DNA of 64,000 nt from Chiloscyllium plagiosum (taxonomy: Eukaryota): positions 75,319,300-75,383,299 of the forward strand of contig NC_057718.1 of NCBI RefSeq assembly GCF_004010195.1. The letters are read 5' to 3'. The notes beneath the pieces were generated by a model. The model was not told where the DNA came from, ran no database searches, and saw only the letters and a list, made by a program, of their open reading frames with translations. A program made the position numbers and the translations under genes. Positions 63,430 to 64,000 of this stretch are shown here, piece after piece; within the stretch, counting starts at the first letter, position 1; each line of letters starts with the position of its first letter.

Positions 63430-64000
63430 GATGAACTATCATTTGGTAAGATTTGCCATGGTAGACTGATGGAGAAAGTGAAGTCATATGGGGTCAAGGG
63501 TGCACTAGCTAAATGGAAAGAGAACTGGCTGTGCAGCAGGAGACAGAGTAATGGTGGAAGGGAGTTTCTCAAATTGGCGAACTGTGATCAGTGGTGTTCC
63601 ACGGGGATTCGTGCTAGGACCACTGTTGTTTGTGATATACATAAATGATCTGGAGATAGGTATAGGTGGTCTGATTAGCAAGTTTGCAGATGACACTGGT
63701 GGTGGTAGCAGATAGTGAAGGGGACTGTCAGAGAATGCAGCAGAATATAGATAGATTGGAGAGTTGGGTAGAGAAATGGCAGATGGAGTTCAATCTGGGC
63801 AAATGCGAGGTGATGCATTTTGGAAGATTCAATTCAAGAGTGAACTACATGGTAAATGGAAAAGCCCTGGGTAAAATTAAGGTACAAAGAAACCAGGGTG
63901 TTTAGGTCCATTGTACCCTGAAGGTGGCAACACAGGTCAATAGAGTGGTCAAGAAGGCATACAGCGTGCTTTCCTTCATCGGACGGAGTATTGAGTACAA
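63430..64000 (+). mobile_element. CR1 RT fragment running off the window end
   Basis: [54 protein letters not shown]. Confidence 0.9.

Overview
Repeat-dominated eukaryotic intronic or intergenic DNA. It is very likely from an elasmobranch (shark), inferred from tRNA-derived HE1-type SINEs whose 3' end matches CR1/HER1-type LINEs; no prokaryotic features are present. No host protein-coding exon could be supported. A large fraction of the window is layered, mostly dead retroelements: many CR1 LINE copies (two nearly full-length), eight SINEs, Penelope-like element (PLE) remnants, and Rex1/Babar, Gypsy and Harbinger fossils. There are two assembly gaps. Most notable: (i) a set of short PLE-derived insertions with 8-17 bp target-site duplications (TSDs), several folding back as long hairpins and carrying minimal hammerhead-ribozyme cores, one of them on both strands (11927-12153); (ii) a chimeric retrocopy of the first 45 nt of tRNA-Val(CAC) fused head-to-tail to a SINE, inserted inside one such hairpin element (61927-62398); (iii) several local templated duplications. 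All calls were made by eye with no database search, and the boundaries of old repeats are approximate.
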